DNA of 63,919 nt, filler included, from Octopus bimaculoides (taxonomy: Eukaryota): assembly GCF_001194135.2 (NCBI RefSeq). It is 7 parts of 7 records of this genome, joined end to end, with 100 filler letters (N's around TTAATTAATTAA, not from the genome) between each part and the next. Parts side by side here need not be neighbours in the genome. Positions count along the whole stretch, not along the records: positions 1 to 12,997 come from NC_068981.1; 6 more parts are not named here. One strand, 5' to 3'. The translations under genes and the position numbers were made by a program. Positions 1-11,500 of this stretch are shown here, one piece after another (the stretch's first letter is position 1; every line of letters starts with the position of its first letter). The notes below the pieces were generated by a model that searched no databases, was not told the origin of the DNA, and saw only the letters and a list, made by a program, of their open reading frames with translations.

Positions 1-429
1 TGGTGTGAGGCCACTTGATGGGTTGAGGGAGACAGCCAAGGATGACAGAGGAATGAACTTCCGGTGGAGGGGTTGGGAGGGCGGGTGTACGACCAGCCAT
101 GAGAGAGACTTCTTAATCGTAGATTCTAAATATTTGAGAGACAACAATGCTTAAATCATAATTTTAAAGGGGCAATGAAACCTAAGTAAATAGAATAAAT
201 AAATAGCATGAATTTAGGAAGCCTTTGTGCTTAGATCGTAATTTTAAAGTTGGTCTAAACGGCTAGGTATGCTGGGTAAGTGCAGTAACGAATTACCAGG
301 GCTCCAAGCTTATAGCCAAGATGGGAGTTATGGAACCATTGTAGATTTCTGATATAGCGGATATATATTTATTAAAGAGAACAACAAACATCTCAAGTCA
401 TATACATTATTATTATTAAAAAATTTAAA

Positions 430-485
430 GTCTTACAGCTGTTTCTGGGATATTTCAGAATATGGGATATTCCGTCATCAGAGAC
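430..485 (-). ncRNA. Minimal type I hammerhead ribozyme motif in the Penelope terminal repeat
   Basis: Reverse complement reads GTCT-CTGATGA-cggaatat..atatccca-GAAA-CAGCTG-TA-AGAC: stem I GTCT/AGAC, intact CUGAUGA and GAAA core, palindromic stem III, GUA cleavage triplet. Confidence 0.75.
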
Positions 486-1342
486 AAATGGGGAAAATGT
501 GAAGGAAATGAAATAAAGGACTGAAAATATAAAGAAATTAAGAAAAAGGAAACATAAAAGTTCATGTTTCAACTTTCCGATAGTGTAGATGCTAGTCCAT
601 AAGTCTTTAGGTACAATCTTATGTAAATCCAGATATGATTAGAGACTTCATAGTGTAAATATCCAGAGAGAAATGCCAGACCATATCAATGGTTCATAAG
701 AGAATAATAGCAGAAGTGGCTATTGAGAGATAAAGAGAAGAAAAATAAATAGGAGAGAGAGGAATTTGTAGGGAAGCTGGAGATACAGAGGAAGTGGCAA
801 GGATTGGTAGGAAGAATAAAATAATATAAAAGTATAGTGTACAAAAATAAACAAGAAGATAAAGAAGTATACATGGGTAAATAATGAGAGAGGAGGAAGG
901 TAAAGGAAGATACAAAATACAAAAAGTAAAATAAAATGAAAGGGATTCAAAGAGAAGAGGATATAAAGAGGATAGTAGATGCCAGTGCTGTTCTTCAAGT
1001 TTTTAGGGTTGGAGCAGGAAGTCAAGTAGTAAGTGTTTGTGTCCCTTTTATGGCTAAGGTCAGTAGCTATAGAAATATTTCTATCTATGGGGGTATGAGT
1101 CTCATAAAGGGTGAATGTGAAGTAGGTGTGAATGGAGAAACCACTTAAATGTTAAATTAGTATTATTATTATTGTAAATTATTTAGGAATTATTTAGGTT
1201 ACAACTAAGGATTAAGGGAAGTATGAGTTTAAGGTTTAAAGATAAATTAAAGAATTAACAGTTATCTTCTAAGGTACTTAAGGTTGATAGAAAAGATATA
1301 CAAGAGTATATAATAACAACCATGGAAGTATGTATGTAAGTG

Positions 1343-1876
1343 TTATGTGTGGGGGGTAAGTTTACACTTGGATTTATGGAAGAAGTTGTGTTTACATGTT
1401 GTAAAGGCTGTATTGTGTTTGTTGAGTAATTGTGGTGAGTTATGGGTTAAAATTTTCAGGGATTCTTTTAGGTAGAGTCTACAAGTGGAGTGCTGGCCCT
1501 GATATAGGATGCCAGAATCTATTGTAACCCAGGATAACCTATATTGTATTTTTCTATTAATTAGATGGTGTACGTACCTGGCTAAGTATGTGGAATTGCT
1601 ATGCTCTTTATATTTGAATGAGTTTAAATGTGCAGAATATTTTTGTATAAAATTCATGGTTGATCCAATATAGTAGCTATTGAAGTTATTTGATATGTTG
1701 TGGATGATGCATTGGTATATCACATTGAATCTTCTGCATTGGGATTGCAGTAGGCAGTCAGTCCCAGAACTGCAGTTGCAATTATCTGTTCTAAGATGGT
1801 TAGTTGTAGAGAGGGATGAAGTAGTGCTACTTGCAGACAAGTTAAAGGCTAGGGTTGTATTAGGTGATTGGTTCAT
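1343..1876 (-). pseudogene. GIY-YIG endonuclease domain of the Penelope-like element
   Basis: Translation CNCSSGTDC..C..NVIYQC..YYIGST..AHLNSF..STYLARYVHHL..SWVTI..CRLYLKE..LLNKH..CKH matches the Penelope-type GIY-YIG layout. Confidence 0.9.
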
Positions 1877-1879
1877 GTT

Positions 1880-2200
1880 ATTATCATTGCCATTATTGTT
1901 ATTATCATTATCACCGCCACCATTACCATTATTATTGTTATCGCTATTATAATTATTATTACTATTAGTAGTAGAAGAAGTGTTAGTATTAGCAGTGGTA
2001 TTGGTATTAGTATTATTATTATTGTAACTATTAGTAGTAGCAATTGTGGTAATAGTGTTAGTAATAGTATTATTTTCAGTAATGGTAATATCTTCATTGG
2101 TGGTAATTGCTAATACTATTAGTAATTGTAGTAGAAGTATTAGTGGTTGTAGTGGTTATAGTAGAGTTAGTATTGTTTGTATCAGTGTTCTTATTAGTAC
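1880..2200. repeat. Degenerate (ATT/AGT)n microsatellite in the RT-endonuclease linker
   Basis: Long imperfect trinucleotide run; it explains the Ile/Leu/Val-rich spurious ORFs here. Confidence 0.85.
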
Positions 2201-2399
2201 TACCATTGGTTTCAACTGTGCGCCCAGCTCTCTCAGAGGCAGGGATTATATTACCTAGATTTAAGTTATTTAAATTGTTAGGGTCAGGGGTGTTGCTTAT
2301 GCTATTGCAAGCGGTGTTAGTGTTTACGTTGTATAGATCTATGGTAGGGTTGTATGCATTTAGATAGTAAGAGCTAAGTTTACATTTGTTAGATGAGGT

Positions 2400-3845
2400 G
2401 ATAATAGATTCTATATTTGGTGTAGAGGAATAGGATAATTTTAAAGTGGATCTGTTAAAGACAGAATGGTATTTATGGTTACATGGGAAATTAGAGTCTA
2501 CTATTTTAAAGAATGCTTTAGCAAGGGCCTTAATGTTTAAAGTGAATGGAGGTGTGTACCAGAGAATTGATCTCTCACCACTTTTATTAGGTAAATTTGG
2601 GGAAGTGCATTTCCTGGTGTATGTTAGAGAGTTGCAGGGTTTGGTGTTAGTATTCTTAGATCAAGTATTATGCATGTGGGTGCTAGACAGGCAAGATTTA
2701 CTTACTATAGTGGGAGGGTGTGGGTATCCAATATGTGGGCATGCTCATCTAGGGTTAAATTTAGAGAGGTGTTCTTTAAGTTTAGAGTTGGTTATAAATC
2801 TAATCTTCTGAGAGGAACCACTAGTAGCTAGAGCTTGATTGTAGTAGGTGGCATAGTTATTGAAGATTTCCTGGGTGCTGGATAGATCGGATATCTTGAT
2901 GGATATGCCTTTGATTATACTCTCAAATGTAGATTTATGGTGGCTAGATTCTGTGTTGATGTACTTAAGGTATTGATTGGGTTTATGTTATGGGAAGTAA
3001 AGAGTTTAAATCCAAGGTAACATCTAGGAAGTTTGCTGTTTTGTAAGAGTTTTCAAAAGAGATAGATAGGTTAAAGATGGCAAAGAATTTATGTAAGAGT
3101 TTTCTAGTTTCTTCTTATGCAGATTTTGTTAGGCCTGTTGCAATTAACAATGCATCATCTCTATATAAACTTCTTTTGATGTTAGGGAAGTGTGTGTGGA
3201 GCTGTTGAAGGAGGTACAGTCTGGCTAGATCCGTGACCTGAGCAGAGTTGGGTGGGTCCATGGTTATATCAAAGAAATTTCTATTAGTATTGTGGCTAGC
3301 ATGGAACCAAAGCTTATTGTCGAAGGATATGAGTCTGCCTGGCAGATAGAATTACATCTATTTCTAAGGTTAGGTTGGTTAGATTTTTAGCTAGAGTCAA
3401 GGTGTCTTTAAGGAGGATTGGTGATATGGAGTTACTGATGTTGAATTGTAGGAATGAGGTGGTGTTCTTGTTTTGAAGCAAGTGGAACCATGTGATGACC
3501 TCACCTGTGCAGGACCATAAGCTTACATTTAGTTTCTTTCTAATAGTAGGTATAATTCTATCTAGTATATTTTTACTGATTCATCCTAAATGAGTCTTAT
3601 AGAGGGTTTTGGTTAAGAAGCCTGGTCCTTACGGTTAAAGTGTAGGGCTCTTGAGTTGTAGTGCTCCATGTGGTCGTCAATCTCGAGCGTGTTTACAAGC
3701 TTGCATTGATTAGTGTTGATGGTATCCAGGGCTGACTGCGGGGCTATCCTATAGGATTTGTGTAGCTCCTTAATAAATCCAGTGCATTCTTTGATGGTAA
3801 GAGAGTATAGATTTCCAGTTTTGTCAGAGAAGACATGCATTTTGA
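2400..3845 (-). pseudogene. Penelope-type reverse transcriptase, broken by stops and frameshifts
   Basis: Minus-strand fragments VFSDKTGNLY..KDQ (3613-3840), SLYRDDAL (YRDD at 3154-3165), FLDVTLD..HKPNQYLKYINTES, LWYTPPF, FPCNHKYHSVFNRSTLKLSYS. Confidence 0.88.
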
Positions 3846-4220
3846 GTGAATTTTTATGTTTCTTTTTTCTTTACTTCTTTATTTCTCTAGTCCTTTATTT
3901 TATTGTTTCCTTAACCCATTACCTCCCATAATTCTATTAACTGGAATTTTTTTATGAAACTTTGATTTCTAGCATAAAACAGCCTTAGAAACACGCTGGA
4001 ATGATCAAAATAACATTTCAAAATAACATTTTAAATAGAGATAAGCGAGATATTGGGTGAAATATTAGCAAACCTCATTTGAATATCAGAGAAATATACC
4101 TAGTAGATATAGCAAAAAGGTTAGATATGTGTAAATATTCACAGATAATTACGAAATTTGTAATTTTTAAGTGATCTCATATGAGATCACTGGTAGGTAA
4201 TGGGTTAATCTATACCCTTT

Positions 4221-4354
4221 ACATTTTCCCTATTTGTCTGTGATGGCAGGATTTCCCATATTTTGAGATATCCTAGCTGTAAGACTTTAAATTTTTTAAT
4301 AATAATAATGTATATGGCTTGAGATGTTTGTCTTGCCTTAGTGATTGTTGTCCT
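4221..4354 (+). repeat. Inverted, degenerate copy of the Penelope terminal repeat with a dead hammerhead core
   Basis: Aligns to the reverse complement of 372-500; the core reads GTGATGG and the GAAAC segment is deleted (4236-4285). Confidence 0.85.
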
Positions 4355-4934
4355 TTTTAACAAATATCTTAATTCCTTTCTCTAATTCTTTTTTCTCCCC
4401 TTCTGCCCCTTCCATTTTTTCTCTCTCATCCTTTCTCTAATTCTTTTTTCTCCCCTTCACAGTTTTCTATTTGTCTCTCTCTCTCTCCCCCCTTTTCTTC
4501 CTTTACTCTCTCGTTGCTCACACGTGACCATCGTCCATCTATCTTTTCTTCACGTGATCATCTTTCTCTTCCTTCAGTCTGTTGCACAGACCAGACGCAT
4601 TCTTATCTGTCTCCTACCTTTTCTTTTGTCAAAGAATATTCCTCCAGCGTTTGCTACCTTACCTCGTCTGGCCTAACGGCCCTCCATGTTTCTTTTCATT
4701 TGGTTTGTTGTATGTCTCCACTGTCCTGTTTTTGTTACCAACTTTGACCCTCTTCAAATGCTAAATTTTACTTTGGTTCATGGAAGCAACTGTTTTTTGA
4801 AGCCTCATGTTGTTAATTGCTCGAAATGTGGAGTAGATGAACTGATAAAGGGTCGTTCTTTATGTTACTTGTCTTGTTTTCCATTTGTTTCTCTCATTCG
4901 CATACCCAAAGTAATGATAGATATATACAATTAG

Positions 4935-5875
4935 ATGAACTGAGGTGGGAGTAAAAGTAATAAAAGTCATTATTCTGAATTGTTAAAGAGAAAGTAGAGC
5001 ATGCGCTAGGGTGGGTGGTGAAGTAAGTGAATGGTTTGATGTGAAGGTAGAGTAAAGACAGGGTTGTGTGATGTCTCCATAGCTGTTTAATCTCTATATG
5101 GATGGTCTGGTGAGAGAGGTGAATGATAGAACCTTTGGTAGGGGAGGTCAAATGGTGGGAGAAAATGGAGAGAAATGGCAGGTGAGTCAGTTGTTGTTTG
5201 CTTATGATACAGCACTGGTGGTGGATTTGGAAGAGCAACTTAGGAAACTGGTGGTAGAGTTTGGAAGAGTGTGTGAGTGGAGGAAACTGAAAGTGAATGT
5301 AACTAAGATTAAGGTGATGAGATGTTCAAGAGATGGAATGGCTGGTAGGATGGATGTGAGTATAAATGAGATGTTAGAGGAGGTGTGTGTTTTTAAATAT
5401 CTGGGATCATGTGATAGCGGATGGGAGGTTAGCTGAGGAAGTGGGAGGGGAGTAAAATACTTGGAGTCGTGAAAGATATGCTGAGAGATAAAAGGTTGAG
5501 TATGACAGTGAAAAGAGGTGTGTATAAGGGCATGATTGTACCAACAATGTTATATGGTGCAGAGACGTGGAGTCTGAGAGAGGCGGATAGGAGGCAACTA
5601 GATGCATTTGAAATGAGATGTTTGAGAGCCATGGTTGGTGTGACACGGATGGACAGGATGAGGAATGAAGAGATGTGAAAGCGAGCAGGAATGAAAAAAA
5701 ATTTATGTACCAGAATGGATAGATGACTGTTGAGGTGGTTTGGCCACATGGAGAGGATGGATGAGGAGCAGATAGTAAAGAGGGTGATGAAGGCAGAAAT
5801 GATAGGCAGCAGAACCAGAGGCAGACCTCAATTTGTGTGGATGGATGGAGTGAAGAAAGCTTTGGTTTTGCATTA
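4935..5875 (+). mobile_element. RTE-clade LINE fragment (RT C-terminal half)
   Basis: Remnants RQGCVMSP.LFNLYMDG, QLLFAYDTALV (FADD-like), FKYLGS, PTMLYGAETW, LRWFGH, GRPQFVWMDGVK. Confidence 0.88.
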
Positions 5876-6042
5876 GTTTTGGAATGCCAACATGATTTTA
5901 GAAACTGTATCTCTCAAGACATTAATTCAGTAGTTGTAATAACTGAAACTCTAGCCATCTGCACCCCAACAATTTTTTGCCTTTGCAAATGTATATGGCT
6001 TGAGATGTTTGTCTTGCCTTAGTGATTGTTGTCCTCTTTAAA

Positions 6043-6350
6043 TCATCATGCTGGCATGGGTTGGACAGTTCGACTGGGGTCTGGGAAGCCAGGAGGCTGC
6101 ACTAGGCCCCAATCTGATCAGGCAGTGTTTCTACAGCTGGATGCCCTTCCTAATGCCAACCACTCCGAGAGTGTAGTGGGTGCTTTTTATGTGCCACCGG
6201 CACAGGGGCCAGAGGAGCTGGCATCGACCACAATCGGATGGTACCTTTTACGTGCCACTGGCACAGAAGCCAGTAAACGCGGCACTGGCATCGGCCACAT
6301 TCGGATGGTGCTTTTTACATGCTACCGGCACAGGGCTCACAACTACAATT
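6043..6350 (-). mobile_element. RTE-tail non-autonomous element (SINE-like); other copies ~19755-19968(+), 21610-21800, 29655-30040, 32650-32742(+), 33240-33358(+), 42905-43010, 43915-44160
   Basis: Shared block catgctggcatgggttggac..ctggatgcccttcctaa(c/t)gccaaccac, usually next to a (CAT)n/(GAT)n tail; same sequence as the LINE 3' end at 6808-7000. Confidence 0.8.
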
Positions 6351-6807
6351 TCCATTTGATTTGATTTTGATATTGCTGATGTTGATGTGCTTGACTCAAT
6401 ATGTCTCCTCAAGCATGGCATGTTGCCCTACGATCCAAGGTACTTTTGAGTGGGCTGGTTATGTGACACTGGTGTAGATTACAGCTGTGGATTCACTTTA
6501 AATATAGATGTCTATTACAATAGAAAATAGAGGGTTATATAATGAAGTACAATGCATATGAATTCATATATATATACCAACTAGAACAGTTTTGAATTTG
6601 TCATATTGCCAATTGAAAAAAGTAGGTAAATATAAAGTGGTATTTCTAATGTTTTATCTAGCTGCTTCACACAGATGTGTGTGTATATGTGTGTGTATCT
6701 GTGTAACATATATCTCAGCATTATAGTCAACCGTTACAAAGGTAATAGAGATGCCTTTGATAGAATTACAGAAATATCAAACTGCTAGACCAGGTCATGA
6801 AAGTTAC

Positions 6808-9800
6808 ATCATCATCATCATTTAACATCTGTTGTCCATGCTGGCATGGGTTGGACAGTTTGACCAGGGTTGGCAACCTGGAAGGCTGTACCAGACTCTA
6901 GTCTATTTTGGCATAGTTTCTATGGCTGGATACCCTTCCTAATGCCAACCATTCCAAGAGTGTGATGGGTGCATTTATGTGCCACCGGCATGAGTGCCGT
7001 TTGCATGACACTGGTATCTGCCACGTCTGCAGTTTTACTTGGGTCTACTTCTCAAGCACAGCATAATGCCACATGAACTTGGTCATTGCCTCCATGAGGC
7101 CCAATGTTTGAAACCTAGCATAATGCCAAATAGTCTCAGTCCTTGCTTCCATGAGGCCCAACACTCAGAAGGTGCTTTTAATGCCACCAGCATAGGTGCC
7201 GTTTGCATGACACCGGTATCTCCCACAACTGCAGTTTTACTTGGCTTGATGGGTCTTCTTCTCAAACACAACATAATGCCAAAAGTCTTGGTCATTGCCT
7301 CTGTGAGGCCCAACGTTTGAAAGGAGCTCAACCACTTTACCTCCATAAAGTTCAATGCTTAAAAGGTGCCTTTTATGTGTCACCTGCACAGGTGTCAGTT
7401 ACAGGACACCAGCATCAGCCATGACTGCAATTTCACTTGGCTTGGTGGGTCTTCTGAAGCACAGCATATTGCCAAATGTCTCAGTCACTAGTCATTACCT
7501 CTGTGAGGCCCAAAGTTCAGAGTTCATGCTTCATCACCTCATCCTATGTCTTCCTGGGTTTACCTCTACCACAGGTTTCCCCCACAGTTAGGGATCGGCA
7601 CTTCTTTACACAGCTGTCCTCATCCATACACATCACATGACCACACAAGCGCATTCGTCTCTCTTGTACACCACATCTGATGCCTCTTATGCTTAACTTT
7701 TCTTTCAAGATGCTTACACTGTCAAACATGCACACTGACATTGCACATCCAGCAAAGCATACTGGCTTCATTTTGTTCAAGCCTACACATGTCCTCGGTT
7801 GTCACCACCTATGTTTCACTGCCATGTAGCATAGCTGTTCGCACACAAACATCATATAATCTGCCTTTCACTCTGAGAGAGGCCCTTTGTTGCCAGCAGA
7901 AGCAGGAGCTCTCTAAACTTTGCCCAGCCTAACCTTATTCTGACAGCTATGCTCTTGGAGCATCCACCTCTGCTACTAACTTGATCACCTAGGTAACTGA
8001 AGCTATCTACTACCTCTAGCTTACCCCCCATGGCAACTGATGGAATCTATTTTCTGTACATTTTCGGTTTTGTACCTGTGCATCTACCACACACAAAAGC
8101 TATTTTCTCTGTTAACCTTCTTCTGACATTGCTACACTTTCTATGTGTCCAAAGCTTACACTGGGTGCATCTTACAGAGTTACTACCTACACTTTTCTAC
8201 AGATCGAATAAGGCCATCTACCTGAAGGGACTTGTGATTTGTCTGCCATCCTACTTACTAAGACTTTGGTTTTTGCTAGGTTGATTCTAAGGCCCTTAGA
8301 TTCTAGACCTTGCTTCCATATCTGGAACTTCTCTAGTTCTGGGAGTGATTCAGCTTTAAGAACAAGGGAATCAGCATAGAGGATTTCCCAGGGGCAGCCT
8401 GTCTTAAACACCTCTGTTATTGCTTGGAGGACTACAATGAGCAAGGGGGATCTTAGGACCAATCCTTGGTGAACCTCTACTTGTACTCTGAATTCTTTGC
8501 TGTACTTGTTGTCAATCCTCACCTTACTGGTAGAATCTCAGCTTGTACAGCTCTCATCAGCCACTCGTCTATCCCTAGTTTCTACATTGACAACCAGATA
8601 AGGGATTGGGGGATCCTGTCAAAAGCTTTCTCCAAGTCAACAAAAGCTATGTACAGAGGTTTATCTTTGGCTATGTATTTCTCCTGCAGCTGCCTTACCA
8701 GAAATATAGCATCAGTGGTGCTTCTCCTTGGCATAAAATCAAACTGAACTCATCTAGACTAATTCTCCGCCTAATTAGTTAGGCTATGACTCTCTCTGTG
8801 ACTTTCATCACCTGATCTGACAATTTGATACCTCTGTAATTATTTCTATCCAAGGCATCACCTTTACCTTTGTAGCATTTGACTATGGTGCTGGTACACC
8901 AGTCGTTGGGTATGACTCCATTATGAATCACCTGATTTGCAATAAAGGTGACTAGACTATATACTACACAACCAGATATTTTAAGCATCTCAGCAGTGAT
9001 TCCTGAAGGGCCAGGTCTTTCCCTGTCTTCATATCATTAATTGCTTTATCTACCAAGGTACTGTGAATTTGAGTAGCTGGTCCCTCAATTGTGTTAACAT
9101 TTGACAGACTCTCCTCCTCCCATTCATTCTCTACATTCAGCAGTCTTTCATAATGGCATTTCCAAGCCACTTTCTTTGCAGAATCACTAAATGCAAGTGC
9201 ACCATCATCCATGCAGACACATTTCTCTCCTATGACATCACAGTTTTCTCTCACACACTGTCTTGCAATCTGGAACACTTCAATTCTATGGTGCTCACGT
9301 CACTGTACATAGGCAAACTTTCTCTTTTTCGCTTCTCCCTTGGCTAGATATACTTGTCTCCTAGCTTCCTTTCTGGCTATCTGATACAGCTCCCTGCTGC
9401 CCCCACTCTTTCAGGTCTTCCTGACCTGTTTCTTTGCTCTTTCTGGCTTGGAGTCTAAAATCACTAATGACTAGTCTATACTGGAGGATAATTCTTCACC
9501 AGAAAGAGTCTTCATATTTAAGAGCAACCATGCATCCTGCTGTCTTGTGAGAATGAAATTGACTTGGCTAGCGTAGCCACTTGATTTGTAGGTTATCAGG
9601 TGGATGGTTGGCTTCCTGAAGTTGGTGTTGCAGATCAAAAGGGTATTTACATCACAGAACTCCAGTAGCCTTGTTCCCTCTTCATTTAAGGAACCAATTC
9701 CATGGCCCCCATGTACACCATGGAAAATACTAGCTCCCCATCCGACATGCCCATTGAAATCCCCAGCCATGTATATGAGATCCTTATCATTTGTCTTAGA

Positions 9801-10250
9801 GGTAGCCTGTGGAAGAATATCATAAATGTGGTTCTTCTGTTCATTCGGTAGGCCCACTTGAAGGGCATAGGCAGAGATAATTGACGCTATGCTATTCTGC
9901 AAAACTAGCCTGAACTTAAGCACTGTATCACTCACTCTGACTATCTCTATGACCTTATCCACCCATTTCTCTGCAAGAAGTATGCCCACTCCACCTACCC
10001 TATCACTGTTACTTTCCCAGATTTTATACCTATGTGTTTGCCTGTGAGGACCCTGGCTGAAAGCTCCTCTCCACCTTACCTCTTTGATACATCAACACAC
10101 CTCCGTTCAAGCTCTCAACGATCTCACTAGACCTACTTTTCAACGTGCCTACATTTACAGTGCCAACCCTGAGAACTGGGAAAGGGGCGTGGAAAAGAAC
10201 ATGGGTAGGAGAGATGGTGTTGGACACCTAACAAGAAGGTTTCAGTGATT
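6808..10250 (-). mobile_element. Near full-length (~3.4 kb) decayed RTE-clade LINE (AP endonuclease plus RT)
   Basis: Minus-strand ORF pieces LRVGTVNVGTL (10030-10227), SAYA..GDFNGHVG (9471-9989), YKGKGDALDRNNYRGIKL (8779-8988), HQG..LYADSL (8187-8522), GRGKPRKT (7544-7780); 3' (GAT)n tail at 6808-6822. Confidence 0.92.
6960..7515. repeat. About three diverged ~200-bp tandem units in the RTE 3' UTR
   Basis: Motifs gcacagcataatgcca and gtcattgcctc(c/t)(a/g)tgaggcccaa recur three to four times; related pieces at ~30700-30860 and ~45130-45490. Confidence 0.75.
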
Positions 10251-11019
10251 GCTTCGTAACAGGCATGTCATGTCACAGTTGGTCTCACTTTACCATCATT
10301 CAAACATCTTGAAATTGCTGCAAATATAAATAGGTCAGTGTATAAATTAATTGTTTAAACGATCTGCTATTGGTTAGTTCATTATATATAGAGAAAGAGG
10401 TAGGTAGTTTGTTAATTTGCTAATAATTTACTAATAATTTACTAAGTAACATATCACCTTTTGGTGCATGCAGTAGTAGTGTGGGCAATTGTTGGTGGTG
10501 GAGAAGGAGGAAGGGATGAAGGTATGCAAGTCTTCTGGTAGAGAAGCAAGGCAGAACTATGTAGGGGTTTACAGTGTTGAGAATAGATTTCTGGTATAGG
10601 TGGTGGGGGCAGGGATGTGTGAGCACATTGTGGACAAGCAATGGCCTGTTTAAAATGAGTGCCTATGAGTGAGAGAAACATGGCAACAGTGAGAGACATA
10701 AGTAAAACAAGAGTGCTTGTGAATTTGAGAGAACAGTGATGCAAACATGAAATGGGGAAAGAAAATTAAGATTTTAGGGAATTACAATTTGAAAGTTATT
10801 TGAAGAGTTAATTTAAATAATTACAGGTTACAAAAGTACATGTTAGTAATACAGGTTACATGAATGGATGAATGAATGAAGCAGTTAAAAATGAGAGAGA
10901 TTCTTAGCTTAGCTGAGCATATCGCGAGTGTCAACCAACAGCTGGGAAGCAAGTGGTGTGAAAGTCTAGAGAGAGTTAAAAGAGTTATTGCCCAATTAAT
11001 TAAAAAAGTATTAGAATAG

Positions 11020-11222
11020 ATGTGATGCAGTTTGTTTTTGTCCTGGGTAGAAGTACTACTGATGCGATCTTCATCAGACAACTTTCAGAAGTATTTAGCT
11101 AAGAAAAACACCCATTGTACATGGCATTTGTCAATCTGGAGAAAGCTTTCACTGTGATATGATGATCTCAAAGGAAGCTAGGAATAGATGAATAGCTCAT
11201 GAAAGCTGTGAAAGCCATGTAC
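11020..11222 (+). mobile_element. RTE RT fragment
   Basis: Decayed reading GRSTTDAIFIRQL..KYLAK..LYMAFVNLEKAF..RKLGIDE..KAVKAMY. Confidence 0.8.
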
Positions 11223-11500
11223 AAAACAAGGGTCTATATTGGTGGCACTGTAGATTTCAAACACTGCTACCAAGCACACATGAACTCTTTCCAATCCAAA
11301 TTCTAAATCATCTACTTCCTAGGAACTTACATACATAACCTCAAATCCCAAAACATTTCCTATACTCTATCCTGGTGCATCATAAGTGAAGCTCCCCTGT
11401 ACAACACTAATCTTGGCATTTATAAATTGTGTTTAAGGGAATGGCTCACCATCCTTCGCAACCACAACCCCTCATTATTTAATAGATTCTCAGATGTAAT
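11223..11500 (+). mobile_element. Second Penelope-like remnant: GIY-YIG fragment
   Basis: One frame from 11223 reads KTRVYIGGTVDFKHCYQAHMNSFQSKF*..LGTYIHNLKSQNISYTLSWCII..YKLCLREWLTIL..LFNR, colinear with the 1343-1876 domain. Confidence 0.85.

Larger units (their letters stand above)
372..4354 (-). mobile_element. Decayed Penelope-like retroelement (RT then GIY-YIG) with a 3' terminal repeat and an inverted copy of it at the 5' side
   Basis: Minus-strand RT remnants (2400-3845), GIY-YIG ORF (1343-1876), and a ~130-bp segment at 372-500 repeated in inverted orientation at 4221-4354. Confidence 0.88.

Noticed and set aside
1680-2367. Hydrophobic ORFs resembling membrane proteins
   Set aside because: Translations of an ATT/AGT microsatellite inside the Penelope element.
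4935-5875. Horizontal transfer of the RTE fragment
   Set aside because: RTE elements are known to transfer horizontally, but nothing in this sequence alone shows it; a cross-species identity search is needed.
10260-11020. Short minus-strand ORFs as a Penelope N-terminal region
   Set aside because: Only vague compositional resemblance; no motif I can name.
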